Position numbers and translations under genes: made by a program. 64,000 nt of DNA from the human T2T-CHM13v2.0 reference genome, Homo sapiens: assembly GCF_009914755.1 (NCBI RefSeq), contig NC_060925.1; one strand, written 5' to 3'. Below, piece by piece: positions 1-17,399 of the stretch (positions are counted from its first letter, which is position 1; each line of letters starts with the position of its first letter). The notes beneath the pieces are model-generated. The model saw only the letters and a list, made by a program, of their open reading frames with translations, did not search any database and was not told where the DNA came from.

Positions 1-57
1 CCAAGGACTCCTTTCTCTCTATCTGCTTAAAATAATTTCTTAATAACTCCTACCACA
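1..57 (-). mobile_element. Start of the 3' LTR of an ERV1 provirus (MER61-like); continues beyond the window
   Basis: Minus strand reads PPT-like CAGGGAGGAA (67-58) directly followed by TGTGGTAGGAGTTATTAAAGAAATTATTTTAAGCAGATAG, resembling the recalled MER61 LTR start. Confidence 0.6.
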
Positions 58-530
58 TTCCTCCCTGTGGCGATATCACACTAACTGCTGTTACAGGGTT
101 TTGGATGATGACTCTTTCTGGCTACTTCCTGCTGAAAAGGGGTGTTGAATGGGGAACAGCAGCTAGGGCTTCTCCTGGGGTGGATCTAAGGGTCCCCAGA
201 AGAATGGCGTGTCCATGTGTGGTTCAGTTTGCAGCACTATTTGGAGTTTGATTGCTTCTGTGAGTTGGGTGATCCTCTCCTCTTGAGGTTCCAAGATAAA
301 CTCGCAGCTTCCAGACCTGTTAGAAAGTGACATTCTTCACTGACCACAGGTTAGGAACCCTGTGTGGGGACTGTGTAGACAAGGTATGAGGCCAGTTCTC
401 CCCAAGGGGCTTTTATTGGCTCTGCATGTCAAGCTTTGTTCCTTAAAGGGAAACACACACTTTCAGTCAAAGCCTTGGTAAAATAGCCAGTTTTTCCAAT
501 TGTGTCCTGTTGACAAAGAAAAATGATTCT
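58..530 (-). mobile_element. ERV1 internal 3' region (MER4-group/MER61-int-like, env-tail remnant)
   Basis: Minus-strand GAAGCAATCAAACTCCAAATAG...CAGCAGGAAGTAGCCAGAAAGAG is typical of ERV1 3' internal ends and abuts the PPT/LTR. Confidence 0.65.
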
Positions 531-854
<324 letters not shown>

Positions 855-855
855 C

Positions 856-1565
856 AAAAAGGCATTTTAAACAAAAATTCTGATATTTAAAAACTGAAAA
901 TATGAGCCCAGGAGTTCAAGGCTGCAATGAGCCAATACTACACATTTGTACTCTCTCCTGGGTGACAGAGTGAGACTTGTCAGTACTGAAAATAGAAAAG
1001 AGGGCTTTTACAATGTTGATGATGTCATCTTAGAGTGCATGATTTATAAATACACAAATATCCATGTATACTTTTACAGTGATAACTACTGGAAAAATGA
1101 GAATGTTAAAAAAGCCAATCTAGACAGAGTCCTTCTCATTCCACCTGCCTCTTTATGTTGGTAATACCAGGAGTCTTAAGAGAGCTGCTGTGGTCTATGT
1201 CACATTCATCCCAGCCTCCTTTCTAATCCTGTAGCTGATGATGAAAATGTGATAAATCCTCTGGCTTAGCTTTGATGCTTTTTCATTAATTCACTTCTGG
1301 TAGTAAATTGTGGCAGGTCCTCCACTTCATTCCCATCAGCCATTTCCATCACCTTGTCTAAAAGGGCTTTATTGTAACTGCAGCCCAGGAAGAGGTGGTT
1401 GGCCCAGACCATGGAGAGGGACAGCAGTTGGTCCAGGCAGCCACCGCCATTGGGCAGGTCATGGTAGTCGGGCAGGTGGCGCAGGATGAATTCCATGAGG
1501 GCCTTCCATTGCTTCTCACTCAGTAAGTAGGAGCGAAACTGCTCCGCGAACTCGGCTGCCTGCCT
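856..1565 (-). pseudogene. CDKN2AIPNLP1: Processed copy of CDKN2AIPNL (XRN2-binding domain protein), 5'-truncated CDS plus presumed 3'UTR
   Basis: Intronless RQAAEFAEQFRSY...QW...MEFILRHLPDY...DQLLSLSMVWANHLFLGCSYNK...EDLPQFTTRSELMKKHQS* (stop at 1266) matches the recalled CDKN2AIPNL protein from about residue 18. The pseudogene symbol is recalled for this locus and the 3'UTR boundary is approximate. Confidence 0.88.
903..982 (+). mobile_element. Old Alu right-arm fragment within the retrocopy's presumed 3'UTR
   Basis: tgagcccaggagttcaaggctgcaatgagcc...ctgggtgacagagtgagacttgtc. Confidence 0.75.
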
Positions 1566-2650
1566 GCCCGAAGTGGTTGCTAAAAGAGCTGGGTTGATCT
1601 CACAACGCTTGCAGAGGTTTAGTAGAAATGCCATGCTCTTGTGCAAAATAAAATGAGTTGTTTTCTTTAAAGTTCTGAGGTTAAGGAAGTTACAGCACTC
1701 CAGAGGGGTGGGTGCAAGATGAAGATAATTTATTACCCATTTAGAAAAAGAAGCGAGAATAAAACCATCCTCTTACTCCCCTTCCTTTCCATATGACCCA
1801 GAGTAGAGGAGAAGACAGGAAGCGTCTTCCAAATGTCTTACCTCCTTGGTTTCTGGATTCCGGAACTTTTTAAAATATGCCCCCCACCCCACCCCTCCCC
1901 GCCATGGTTGTAGGCGTGGTCCTCCAAGCCATGGAACCGGATGAACTAAGTGATGGGGCTAACCATGCGTCCCACGCAGCCTTAGTTTATCCGCCTTGTG
2001 TGATTTCCCTTTGACTTCCTAGAACCTGCGTGATTTGCCTGACTCCCTCTGGAGACACTGTGTTGCCTTTGGGCAAGGCTCTTTTAACGGAGGCAGTGTG
2101 CTAGATTGCCTGCTATTATAGCCCGTGCTAAAGCACTTACTCTTAAAACAGTTCTGGTTAACTTCCGAACTTAAAATTCCCTTACTAATTAAGTACTCTC
2201 TTAATCGGAGACAAAATAGATGCCTTAAAAGAACGTAGGAATCAAATGGCCGTTTTCCCACTGATGGGACAATACGGGGACTAAAATCTGGCTGCCAAAC
2301 ACATTTTACTCCTAACTGTTAAAAGCAGAAACTTCCCGTTCTCAGAAGAGGCCTAGATCCTGATTTAAGCACTAGGTGGCTTAAAAATACCATGTGCTTG
2401 CCAGAGAAACCGTAGAGAGAGTTATTGAGTTACTGCCTGCTGTGATTCGCGATCTTTTCTAACAGACCTATTTCCCTGAACTGTAAAGATTCCTGCGCAT
2501 TAGACATACAGAGAGAGAGAGTAAGAGACCGTGGATAAAAAGAGAAAGAAAGTTTGGTGACAGGGTAGCTGGCAGAGAGCCTTGAGATTAAAGGAGAGAT
2601 TTAACGTTGAAATCTGCTCCATATTCACCAGTCTGATGACTGAATTTCCT
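1566..2650 (-). mobile_element. ERV1 leader and gag matrix remnant
   Basis: ATG at 1740 encodes MGNKLS (MGxxxS myristoylation motif); shifted frames give PLEC...TLKK and LILFCTRAW, typical of class I Gag N-termini. Confidence 0.7.
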
Positions 2651-2668
2651 TTCCCAGCCAATGCACCA
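2651..2668 (-). other. Primer-binding site, tRNA-Gly
   Basis: ttcccagccaatgcacca matches the recalled tRNA-Gly 3' end TTCCCGGCCAATGCACCA at 17/18, 3 nt from the LTR end. Confidence 0.8.
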
Positions 2669-2671
2669 AAA

Positions 2672-2870
2672 TGATACCGCTCCGATGAGTGGAGGAACAC
2701 CAGGCCTCTTGTCTCACATTGAATTGGAAAAAACGACACGGACACACATGGAGTGGTTTTAAGGAGTGGAGAGTTTAATAGGCAAGAAAGATGGGAGAAG
2801 GCAGAAGATAGAAGCTCCCTCATACACAGACAGAGGGAGGGGGGCTCCAAAGCAGAGAGAACCCCCCCGA
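2672..2870 (-). mobile_element. Partial 5' LTR (R/U5) of the ERV1 provirus
   Basis: Ends in CA next to the PBS and carries a minus-strand ATTAAA signal; the U3 start seen at 1-57 is absent. Confidence 0.65.
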
Positions 2871-2883
2871 ATTTGCTCTTTCT

Positions 2884-3198
2884 TTTCATTTCTTTCTTTT
2901 CTTTTTTTTTCTTTTTTTGAGACATAGTCTCACTCTATTGCCCAGGCTGGAGTGCAATGGCACGATTCCGGTTCACTGCAACCTCCGCCTCCCAGATTCA
3001 AGTGATTCTCCTGGCTTAGCTTCCTAAGTAGCTGGAATTACAGGCATGCACCACCACGCCCGGCTAATTTTTGTATTTTTAGTAGAGACGGGGTTTTGCC
3101 ATGTTGGCCAGGTTGGTCTCGAACTCCTGACTTCATGATTTGCCTGCCTCGGCCTCCCAAAGTGCTGGGATTACAGGCGTGAGCCACGGCGCCCAGCC
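2884..3198 (-). mobile_element. AluS
   Basis: Full Alu with TSD atttgctctttct / atgtgctctttct. Confidence 0.93.
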
Positions 3199-3254
3199 CC
3201 TATGTGCTCTTTCTAAGTGGAGGGGAAGGGAAGGGAAGGAAGAGAAGTATACGA

Positions 3255-3480
3255 TGGTCAAGAACTCAGGTGCTGGGGTCAGACTATTCTGAGTTTGACA
3301 ACTGGCTGTGTCACAAGCTGCGTGACCTTGGGAATGCTGCTGAACCCCTCTGAGCCTTGGTTTTCCCATCTGAAATGTGGCGCTGATAATGCTTCTTTCA
3401 CTGGGGGCCTATAAGGGTTCAGCTGTTCAAAGTCTGTAAAACACCTGGCCTAAAGGATGCCCTTAATTAATGGTAACTAA
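3255..3480 (+). mobile_element. MIR
   Basis: Core gtgaccttggg...aacccctctgagccttggttttcccatctgaaatg. Confidence 0.7.
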
Positions 3481-5099
3481 TAATATTGTAATTAGTTTGA
3501 CTCTGATGGCCCAACCTGACTGTTGTTTTTTTTTTTCCCTCACCTACCTGACCATGCTCATATTCAGCCCCAGCTCCTCCTGGGACTTACCCTATGCCAC
3601 ACATTGTGCTAGACACAGATTGGGAAATGAATACCACCAGCTACACGCTAAGTGCTACCTAGAGCTTAAATAAATGCACAAGGTATTTGTAGATTACCAC
3701 CCCTTCTCCCCCTCACATACCAACACCTCATCTGTCTTACATGCAGACACTCCTAACTATAATGACCCATTTCCTATATTTCCATAGAGAACCCAAGAGA
3801 AAGGAGGGCCTGTGCCACACCAGGCCTGTGTCCACACGAAGGCAAGGTGCTGCTGGCACAGGGAGGGGGCCTTTCGGACAGAGGCAGCAAACAGTGTGGG
3901 GTGGGACAGCAGGGTTCCCTGAGCCAGGACCTGGAACAGGCCTCCCAGTGACCAGGGCGGGGCAGGATCCAGTCCAGACAGGGAGGATGGGAGGGCAGTC
4001 TCTCTGGGCCCTGGGCGCCAGGTGCTTACTTGTAGTTTCTTTCTCAAGGTGAGTCAGACATTTACTGCACTGAACAGGGCTTGTTTCAAATGGGCCACCT
4101 ATGTTAGAGTAGATATGCTTTATTTAAGAGTTCTTCAAATATATGTAGCTTAATAGACTATCCAGCTAATCTGAGTTTCCATCAAACTACCTATCTTGTG
4201 TTGAATCAGAGATCATGTCTCAAATCTGGTCTCCCAGCTAAAACTGACAGCATACGATCTGCCAAGCCTGGAAGAAGAAGGAATAGAAACCTTATTACTG
4301 GCATCATTGTTTGCACTTATAAACCCAATGCTATGAATAGGAATGGTGAAGAGAAGAGTCCTCACGCTTTTGAAATGGAGATAATTGATTGATTTTCTAA
4401 TATTGATCATTTGCAAAACAATACGCATATATACTGCCCGAGACCGATGCCACAAGTCAACATGATAGTCGGCCACATCGCTTTAGAGACACCCCTCATC
4501 CTGCCCAGTACTGTTCCCTGTACCTGCACATTTGCGGTGCCCTTGGTGTGACGCACCTGCAGGAAGGCGAGCAAGACAGTGCAGATGCACAGAGCCCATA
4601 TGTTTCTCACATTAGCAACACAAAGAGGTGAGGCTGCATTTCCTACTTGTCAAGCACTCAAGCTTAATTGGGCCAGAAATACTCTCTGGTTCCTGCTTCT
4701 GCAAGACAGATCTTGGCTGTCACTAAGCATCTGTGGTACCCGGAAGGGACAAATGGAGTTCTGTGGGCTGGAGGCTTTGAGAAAGAGCAGATTTTTTCTT
4801 CCATGCCAATTATGTGTGTGGGATTTGGTTTTCTTTGTGTGTCCCAACCTTTGGCCCCAGGGCTGACATTCTGAGCATGCCTGTGTCCCCGGCACTCTGC
4901 TCCCACCACGATGCACAGGAGGCCAGCTGAATCCCTGGCACTGCAGGTGTCAGAGCAAGAGTGTTCCAAGCAGGGAGGCGGGGAAGCTTCCAGAGGCAAG
5001 GGAGGTGGAACCTGAAGGGGTGAAGAGCATGGATGGAAGGGAAGAAGGGAGGGCAGGCAGGGGAGCTGTGGGAGCAAAGACAGGGTGGTAGCACACTAG

Positions 5100-5700
5100 T
5101 GCATTCACTTGTTCAATAGTATTTATTGAGCACTTACTGTGTGCAGCAGCGATCAAGGCAGACCCTGTTCCTGCTGTCAGGGAGAGAGAGGCAGACAACA
5201 AGCAAATGACCAGGTTTGATAATATCTGCAGTGAAATGTGCTCTGAAGAGAAACGGTGCAAGGTAAAGGGTAAGGAAGGGAACAGGGGGTTGGTTTGGAT
5301 GGGGCAGGTGGGGCAGAGTGAACCAGACCAGCAGGGCATTTGGAGGACCAGGCAAGGGAGTGGTTGGCGAGATGCGGGCTTGGGGACCTTGATGTAGGCT
5401 AAAGAGTTTTGGTGGAACCTGATGGGCAGTCATCCTTGATGGTACCCACAGGAGTGGGGAGGGGAACTGCTAGATGTTTGGGCTAAGCCCTCTGCTCTGT
5501 GAAGGAATTCATTACCTTCTCCACGCAAATCCTTCAAGCCAGTGCGGAGGTGTCAGTATGTGGGAGCAACCAGTGATCCCACCACCATTTAACAGAGATG
5601 GGAACCAAGCCCAGAGCAGGGATGTGACTCACCCAAGGTCACTCACCCAGAGTGGAGGCAGGAACTCAGGTATCCTGACAGAGTTTTCTCTGCCCAGGGA
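5100..5700 (-). mobile_element. L2 3' end and MIR fragments
   Basis: ttcaatagtatttattgagcacttactgtgtgc (L2 tail); ccatttaacagagatgggaacc...ccaaggtcac (MIR). Confidence 0.55.
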
Positions 5701-7538
5701 GTGGGAGGGAAGGGTAGTGTTGGCCTGGCTGGCCTTGCTTGAGAAGGTAGAAGGTGAGGAGAATGGGCCGGCCCTGGAGCCTCCCATGGAGGCATGGTGT
5801 GGCATTGCCACCTGACCAGAAAGCAGAGGTGCTGCCCTGGTTCCCTCCCCACCTCCCATTGCCTTCCTCTATTGTTGCCTCTCTCTTTTCTCCAAAGCTC
5901 TTCCTGTATTTTCCATGCAGGGCAATACAGGTGTGATGCAGGAGCTCAGACACAGGACTGGGCTCCCTAGGCCGCCTCTGATGGAAACTCCAAGATTCTA
6001 TGACTTCCCTGAGAGCTCGTCTGCCAGGAAATGCCAGCCTCAGCCTAGGGCAAGGAGGAGACTGACCCTGGGGGGGCAAGTCTGCGGGCCCCGCATGCAT
6101 CGGTGCTGCAAGGGGCACTCCTGAGGCCAGAGGTTGTGCATTTTCCAGGCTGGTGGGTGATTTGACTTTCTCTGCTCATTGAGCCAAGGCCCGGCTCTGG
6201 TGGCAACTGCCCGCGTCATGAAGGGCCTACTCATTTCATCACAGGCCCGAGCCAGGCCAACACTGGCATTGTAGCTGCCTGCCAGAGTGATCCTTCAATC
6301 CACATGAAAGCCTGAAAGCCTCTCCTTAGAGACATTAATTAGCCCCCAATTAACGCTGGGCAGAAGCTCACCCGGATAGAGAGCAGGATCAGCTCCAGCT
6401 CTGGAGGCTGCCGCCCATTTATCTGCAAATTGCCCAGCAAACCATGAAGAGGCTTTGGTCCTTTCTTATCAAAGCAATGAAACAGCTCAATGTGGAAATT
6501 ACAGGGTCTTTGGAGGTTTGCTGATTTCCTTGGCCTGTCATTGAGGACTGTCCCCAGTCCGGCATCCCCAGCTGTGTCTCTGGCTCTCTCCCACTCCTCA
6601 CCATGGCCTAATTGCAGTGCCCAGAAAACTCACTCAAGAGCATCTTGGCTCTGATCTGCAGCTTTGGAACGCTCAAGAGAGTGCCTCCATCAATGGGATG
6701 CCAAGGTTTCCCTAAGACGTTTTCTCAGCAGGCTGTGCCAGGGTTTCTGAGGTGTGTGATGTTGTTATGGTGACCCCTCCATCCCTCTGTCCCCAAGAAG
6801 AGGACCTTATTGTTCAGGCAGCGGGGGTTTGAGTGGGGGTTGGGGGAAGAGCAAAGAGAGGCAGGAGGGGAAAGCTGGATGTGGTTCAGTGAGTGTGGGT
6901 GTCATGCCACAGGCAGCTCCCAGACACCCACACCTACTGCCCGAGCACTTCAAGGATGAAATGGTGTGTAAGGCATGCGCCTGGTCCTAAGGCTCACAGC
7001 AGAGGATGGCAGCCAGCCCTTCACACCACAGGCAGAGAACCACAGCCGAGCCGCAGGCTGCCTCTGCCCCAGGAGGAAAGCTGGACATTGGCCAGATCAC
7101 TTAGCCCTCCTTTTCTTTATTTCAGCCCCAGGCACGCGCTCTTAGGAGGCCAGTATCCCAGGGTCTGTCCAGGGAAGAGGAGCAGGGGCAAGGGGCCCTC
7201 CGCATCATGGGCAGATGGTGCGAGCTGATGGGTGTCTCATGCATTCCGCCCCAGCAAACCCCAGACCAGGAAGATTCTCTTGAGTAGGGCAGGGCAGGGC
7301 AGGCGTATCTTTTTATTTTATTATTTTTTTTTAAATTATACTTTAAGTTCTAGGGTACATGTGCACAACGTGCAGGTTTGTTACATGTGTATTCATGTGC
7401 CATGTTGGTGTGCTGCATGCATTAACTGGTCATTTACATTAGGTATTTCTCCTAATGCTATCCCTCCCCGCTCCCCCTACCCCACGACAGGCCCCGGTGT
7501 GTGATGTTCCCCACCCTGTGTCCAAGTGTTCTCATTGT

Positions 7539-11378
<3,840 letters not shown>

Positions 11379-11441
11379 TATGATGTTAGCTGGTTATTTT
11401 GCTCGTTAGTTGATGCAGTTTCTTCTTAGCATTGATGGTCT

Positions 11442-12466
11442 TTACAATTTGGCATGTTTTTGCAGTGGCTGGTACCTGCTGTTCCTTTCCATGTTTAGTG
11501 CTTCCTTCAGGAGCTCTTGTAAGGCAGGCCTGGTGGTGACAAAATCTCTCAGCATTTGCTTGTCTGTAAAGGATTTTATTTCTCCTTCACTTATGAAGCT
11601 TAGTTTGGCTGGATATGGAATTCTGGGTTGAAAATTCTTTTCTTTAAGAATATTGAATATTGGCCCCCACTCTCTTCTGGCTTGTAGAGTTTCTGCTGAG
11701 AGATCTGCTGTTAGTCTGATGGGTTTCCCTTTGTGGGTAACCCGACCTTTCTCTCTGGCTGCCCTTAACATTTTTTCGTTCATTTCAACCTTGGTGAATC
11801 TGACAATTATGTGTCTTGGGGTTGCTCTTCTCAAGGAGTATCTTTGGGTGTTCTCTGTATTTCCTGAAGTTGAATGTTGGCCTGCCTTGCTAGGTTGGGG
11901 AAGTTCTCCTGGATAATATCCTGAAGAGTGTTTTCCAACTTGGTTCTATTCTCCCTGTCACTTTCAGGTACACCAATCAAATGTAGATTTGGTCTTTTCA
12001 CATAGTCCCAGATTTCTTGGAGGCTTTGTTCATTTCTTTTTACTCTTTTTTCTCTAAACTTCTCTTCTCACTTCATTTCATTCATTTGATCTCCACTCAC
12101 TGATACCCTTTCTTCCAGTTGATCGAATTGGCTACTGAAGCTTATGCATGCCTCACGTAGTTCTCCTGCCATGGTTTTCAGTTCCATCTGGTCATTTAAG
12201 GTCTTCTGTACGCTGTTTATTCTAGTTAGCCATTCTTCTAATCTTTTTTCAAAGTTTTTAGCTTCCTTGCGATGGGTTTGAACATCCTCCTTTAGCTCAG
12301 AGAAGTTTGTTATTACCGATCTTCTGAAGCCTACTTCTGACAACTCATCAAAGTCATTCTCCATCCAGCTTTGTTCCGTTGCTGGTGAGGAGCTGCGATC
12401 CTTTGGAGGAGAAGAGGTGCTCTGTTTTTTGGAAATTTCAGCTTTTCTGCTCTGGTTTCTCCCCAT
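11442..12466 (-). pseudogene. L1 ORF1, disrupted
   Basis: MGRNQSRKAE... (12068-12466) and ...RRATPRHIIVRF...YQPLQKHAKL* (11442-11834). Confidence 0.92.
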
Positions 12467-14406
12467 CTTTGTGGTTTTATCTACCTTTGGTGTTTGATGT
12501 TGGTGACCTACAGATGGGGTTTTGGTGTGGATGTCCTTTTTGTTGATGTTGACGCTATTCCTTTCTGTTTGTTAGTTTTCCTTCTAACAGTCAGGACCCT
12601 TAGCTGCAGGTCTGTTGGAGTTTTCTGGAGGTCCACTCCAGACTCTTTTTGCCTGAGTATCACCACCGGAGGCTGCAGAACAGCAAATATTGCAGAACAG
12701 CAAATGTTGCTGCCTGATCCCCAAAGCTTTGTCTCAGAGGGGCACCCGGCTGTATGAGGTGTCAGTTAGCTCCTACTGGGAGGTGTCTCCCAGTTAGGCT
12801 ACTCGGGGGTCAGGGACCCACTTGAGGAGTCAGTCTGTCTGTTCTCAGATCTCAAACTCCGTCCTGGGAGAGCCACTGCTCTCTTCAAAGCTGTCAGGCA
12901 GGGACGTTTAAGTCTGCAGAAGTTTCTGCTGCCTTTTGTTCAGCTATGCCTGGGCAGGGGTATCTTTTACTACAGTTTAAGGAGATAGAAGTGGGAATAG
13001 GAAAGAAGAAAAGGTAAGGGCAGTGAAAAAAAGGGTGTGTGAGGTGGACATCCTTCCTCTCCTGACTCCTACCACCACACATAGATACAGACAGAGGGAA
13101 AGGAAGGAGAGAGGGATACTGGAAGAGGATGGAAGGATGCATATTGGGATAAACACACATTCCTTAATAATCACTCAAGCTTGAACCACAAAGCAAATTG
13201 TGGCCTCTTATCACCGTTTTTGAAATACCATGATCATCGGCAAACATTGAGAGTCCTCTCTGCTGGCTGTTCTGCTAAATGCTGCAGAAGCAAAAGCTGC
13301 CTTGGGCACACTGGCCATCTCTTTGGGAGAGAACTGTGTTCAAGTGAGTCCACATCCACGGTGAGAACCGCACAAGGGACAAATTAGCCAGCCAAGAACA
13401 TGACTTTCATGATGATAAATGACTTGTCTGTATTACAATATTTTGGCATTTTAAAAAAATAGAGCTCTATTTTCCAATTGAAGTCTGAAAAAAGGTTTAG
13501 GTTTAGTTAGTTTCTTTGGGCTGGAAGGAACTGGGTCATTTCCCCATCCATCATGACATGGCAGCTGCCCCAAGCCAAGAACTGGAGAGGGCTGGTGTGA
13601 GCATTCCCTGTCACCACCTTTAGGGTTCATAGTAGCCCCAAAGTTTGAACAGGCAAAGGGAACCACTTCATTTAGAGTGACCTAGGCTGTCTCATCTTGC
13701 AGCTGGGCAATTAAGTCCCCACATTATTTCATCTCTTACAATATTGTCAGCATGTGAGGCACGTCCAAACCAGCTTCTTATGCAACACATTCTGGTCCCC
13801 AACACTTAGACCACCAGCCTTGCTGCTCAGAAGATGTGGGGTGCTGAGCCATGTGCCTCTTTTCCTGGCTGGAGGCATTTCTACTTTTAAAAAGCTGCAA
13901 GCATATCATGTTGCAAGAAGCTATGCAAACAGATTGTTAAGGGAACAGAGATTACTAATGGAACTTTAAGACCCATATATAACAAATTTATTCGAATACA
14001 TATTCAATGACACAGGAAATCATTTAAAACATCGTGTAAAATATTGTGAATAAGCAAGTTCACGCAAGTGGCTAGTCTTCAGTGCTTTAACCCTTACCCT
14101 GCATATTGCTCTGTCCCCGTCACAGGCTCCTGCCATGTCCTGCCCTCTGGAATTAGTTGGTCCTGTCCTGGGTTCAGGGATGTCCAGAGCATAGCCCAGC
14201 CTTTGGGGTGCCAGTGCAGTAGGGGCCCCTCCAACCTGAATCTAGAGTCTGGAGCCTGCTCCTGCTGTTCCTGAGCCCAGGGCTCCTCTTGCAACCTGAT
14301 TTAGTGATGAAATCTTTATGACCTGTTGAATATCAGTCGTTCTAGGGAGGAGGACTTTCCTCACTATTGCCAGCTTCCTGTTTTGTCTTGAACCCCCCTT
14401 CCCCTC

Positions 14407-14968
14407 TATATTAGTCAGGGTTCTCTAGAGGGACAGAACTAATAGTGTATGTGTGTGTACATGTATATATATATACATACACATATGATATCTATATATA
14501 TGAAGGGAATATATATATATGAAGGGAACATATATATATATATATGAAGGGAATATATATATATATATATATATGAAGGGAAGTTTATTAAGTAGTATTA
14601 ACTCACATGATCACAAGGTCCCACAATAGGCCATCTGCAATCTGAGGAGCAAGGAAGCCAGTCCAAGTCCCAAAGCTGAAGAACTTGGAGTCCAATATTT
14701 GAGGGCAGGAAGCATCCAGCACGAGAGAAAGATGTAGGCTTGAAGGCTAAGCCAGTCTAGCCTTTTCACATTTTTCTGCCTGCTTTATATTCTGGCCACA
14801 CTGGCAGCTGATTAGATGGTGCCCACCCAGATTAAGGATGGGTCTCCCTTTCCCAGCCCACTGACTCAAATGTTAATCTCCTTTGGCAGCACCCTCACAG
14901 ACACACCCAGGATCAATACTTTGCATCCTTCAATCCAATCAAGCTGACACTCAGTATTAACCATCACA
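14407..14968 (-). mobile_element. MLT2A (HERV-L) solo LTR
   Basis: Minus strand begins TGTGATGGTTAATACTGAGTGTCAGCTTGATTGGATTGAAGG; perfect 5-bp TSD CCCTC at 14402-14406 and 14969-14973. Confidence 0.9.
14446..14583. repeat. (TA)n/GAAGGGAA compound tandem repeat inside MLT2A
   Basis: Four (TA)n-TGAAGGGAA units. Confidence 0.9.
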
Positions 14969-15389
14969 CCCTCCCCTCTCCCCTCAGAGCTGAGATCCTT
15001 GGCCAGTGGAGGACAGCTTCTCTTTCCCAAGGATGTCCAAGTGTTGCTTGGCATTAGGCTCTGTCTCTTGCCAGAACCCCCCTTACCTCCCGATGCCAAT
15101 CCCGTGACTGGATTACCTACCACCTGTTTGCAGTGACATTGCCTTCGGCTTCTTGGGATCCACCTGCTAGGCTGGGCTTCTATCTGTGGCTGGCCGCTGA
15201 GCTGTTCCTCCTTTCTCTGTCTGTGTCCAGCCACTGGGCCTAGAGCCTGGCCCTCTTGGCTGGCACCTGACCTGGCTTTTGGAGAATAGGATGCCACCTG
15301 TCTCACTCCTGAGCCCTTAACCAGGGTCTGATCATGACGATGATGATAATGATGACAATGATAGCTACCACTTGACACACATTGTCTTT

Positions 15390-16740
<1,351 letters not shown>

Positions 16741-16783
16741 CTTTTTACCTGACCATTATTTTCTATAAAGAATAAGTTTCTCT

Positions 16784-17081
<298 letters not shown>

Positions 17082-17104
17082 GAATAATTTTATCTCCTTG
17101 CAGG

Positions 17105-17390
17105 CATTAGCTTGCTTGCTTTCTGTCTCTTTTTTTTCTTTTTTCTTTCTTTCTTTCTTTCTCTTTCTTTCTTTCACTCTCCTTCTCTCTCTCTCTTCCT
17201 TGCTTCCTTCCCTCCTTTCCTTTCCTTTCCTTTCCTTTCCTTTCCTTTCCTTTCCTTTCCTTTCCTCTTTCTTTCTTTTGAGATGGGGTCTCACTATGTT
17301 GACCAGGTTTGTCTTGAACTCCTGGTCTTAAGCAATCCTCTCACCTTGGCCTCCCAAAATGCTAGGATTACAGGCGTGAGACACCAGACA
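17105..17390 (-). repeat. (TTTC)n/(TTTCC)n polypyrimidine tract plus Alu left monomer
   Basis: About 175 nt CT-rich tract followed by gagatggggtctcactatgttg...ggattacaggcgtgag. Confidence 0.85.
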
Positions 17391-17399
17391 ATAGCTTTC

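Noticed and set aside
1-12. ccaaggactcct also occurs at 40470-40481
   Set aside because: Only 12 nt with no extension; compatible with chance.
2651-2668. tRNA-like sequences here and at 50544-50566 as tRNA genes
   Set aside because: Only 3'-end matches next to LTRs, so they are primer-binding sites, not tRNA genes.
12467-12951. L1 antisense promoter/ORF0 driving transcripts toward STUM
   Set aside because: The element is truncated before ORF0 and lacks most of the antisense promoter region.
14490-14583. Regularly spaced GAAGGGAA units resembling a repeat-spacer array
   Set aside because: Spacers are plain (TA)n; this is slippage-derived eukaryotic repeat, not CRISPR-like.
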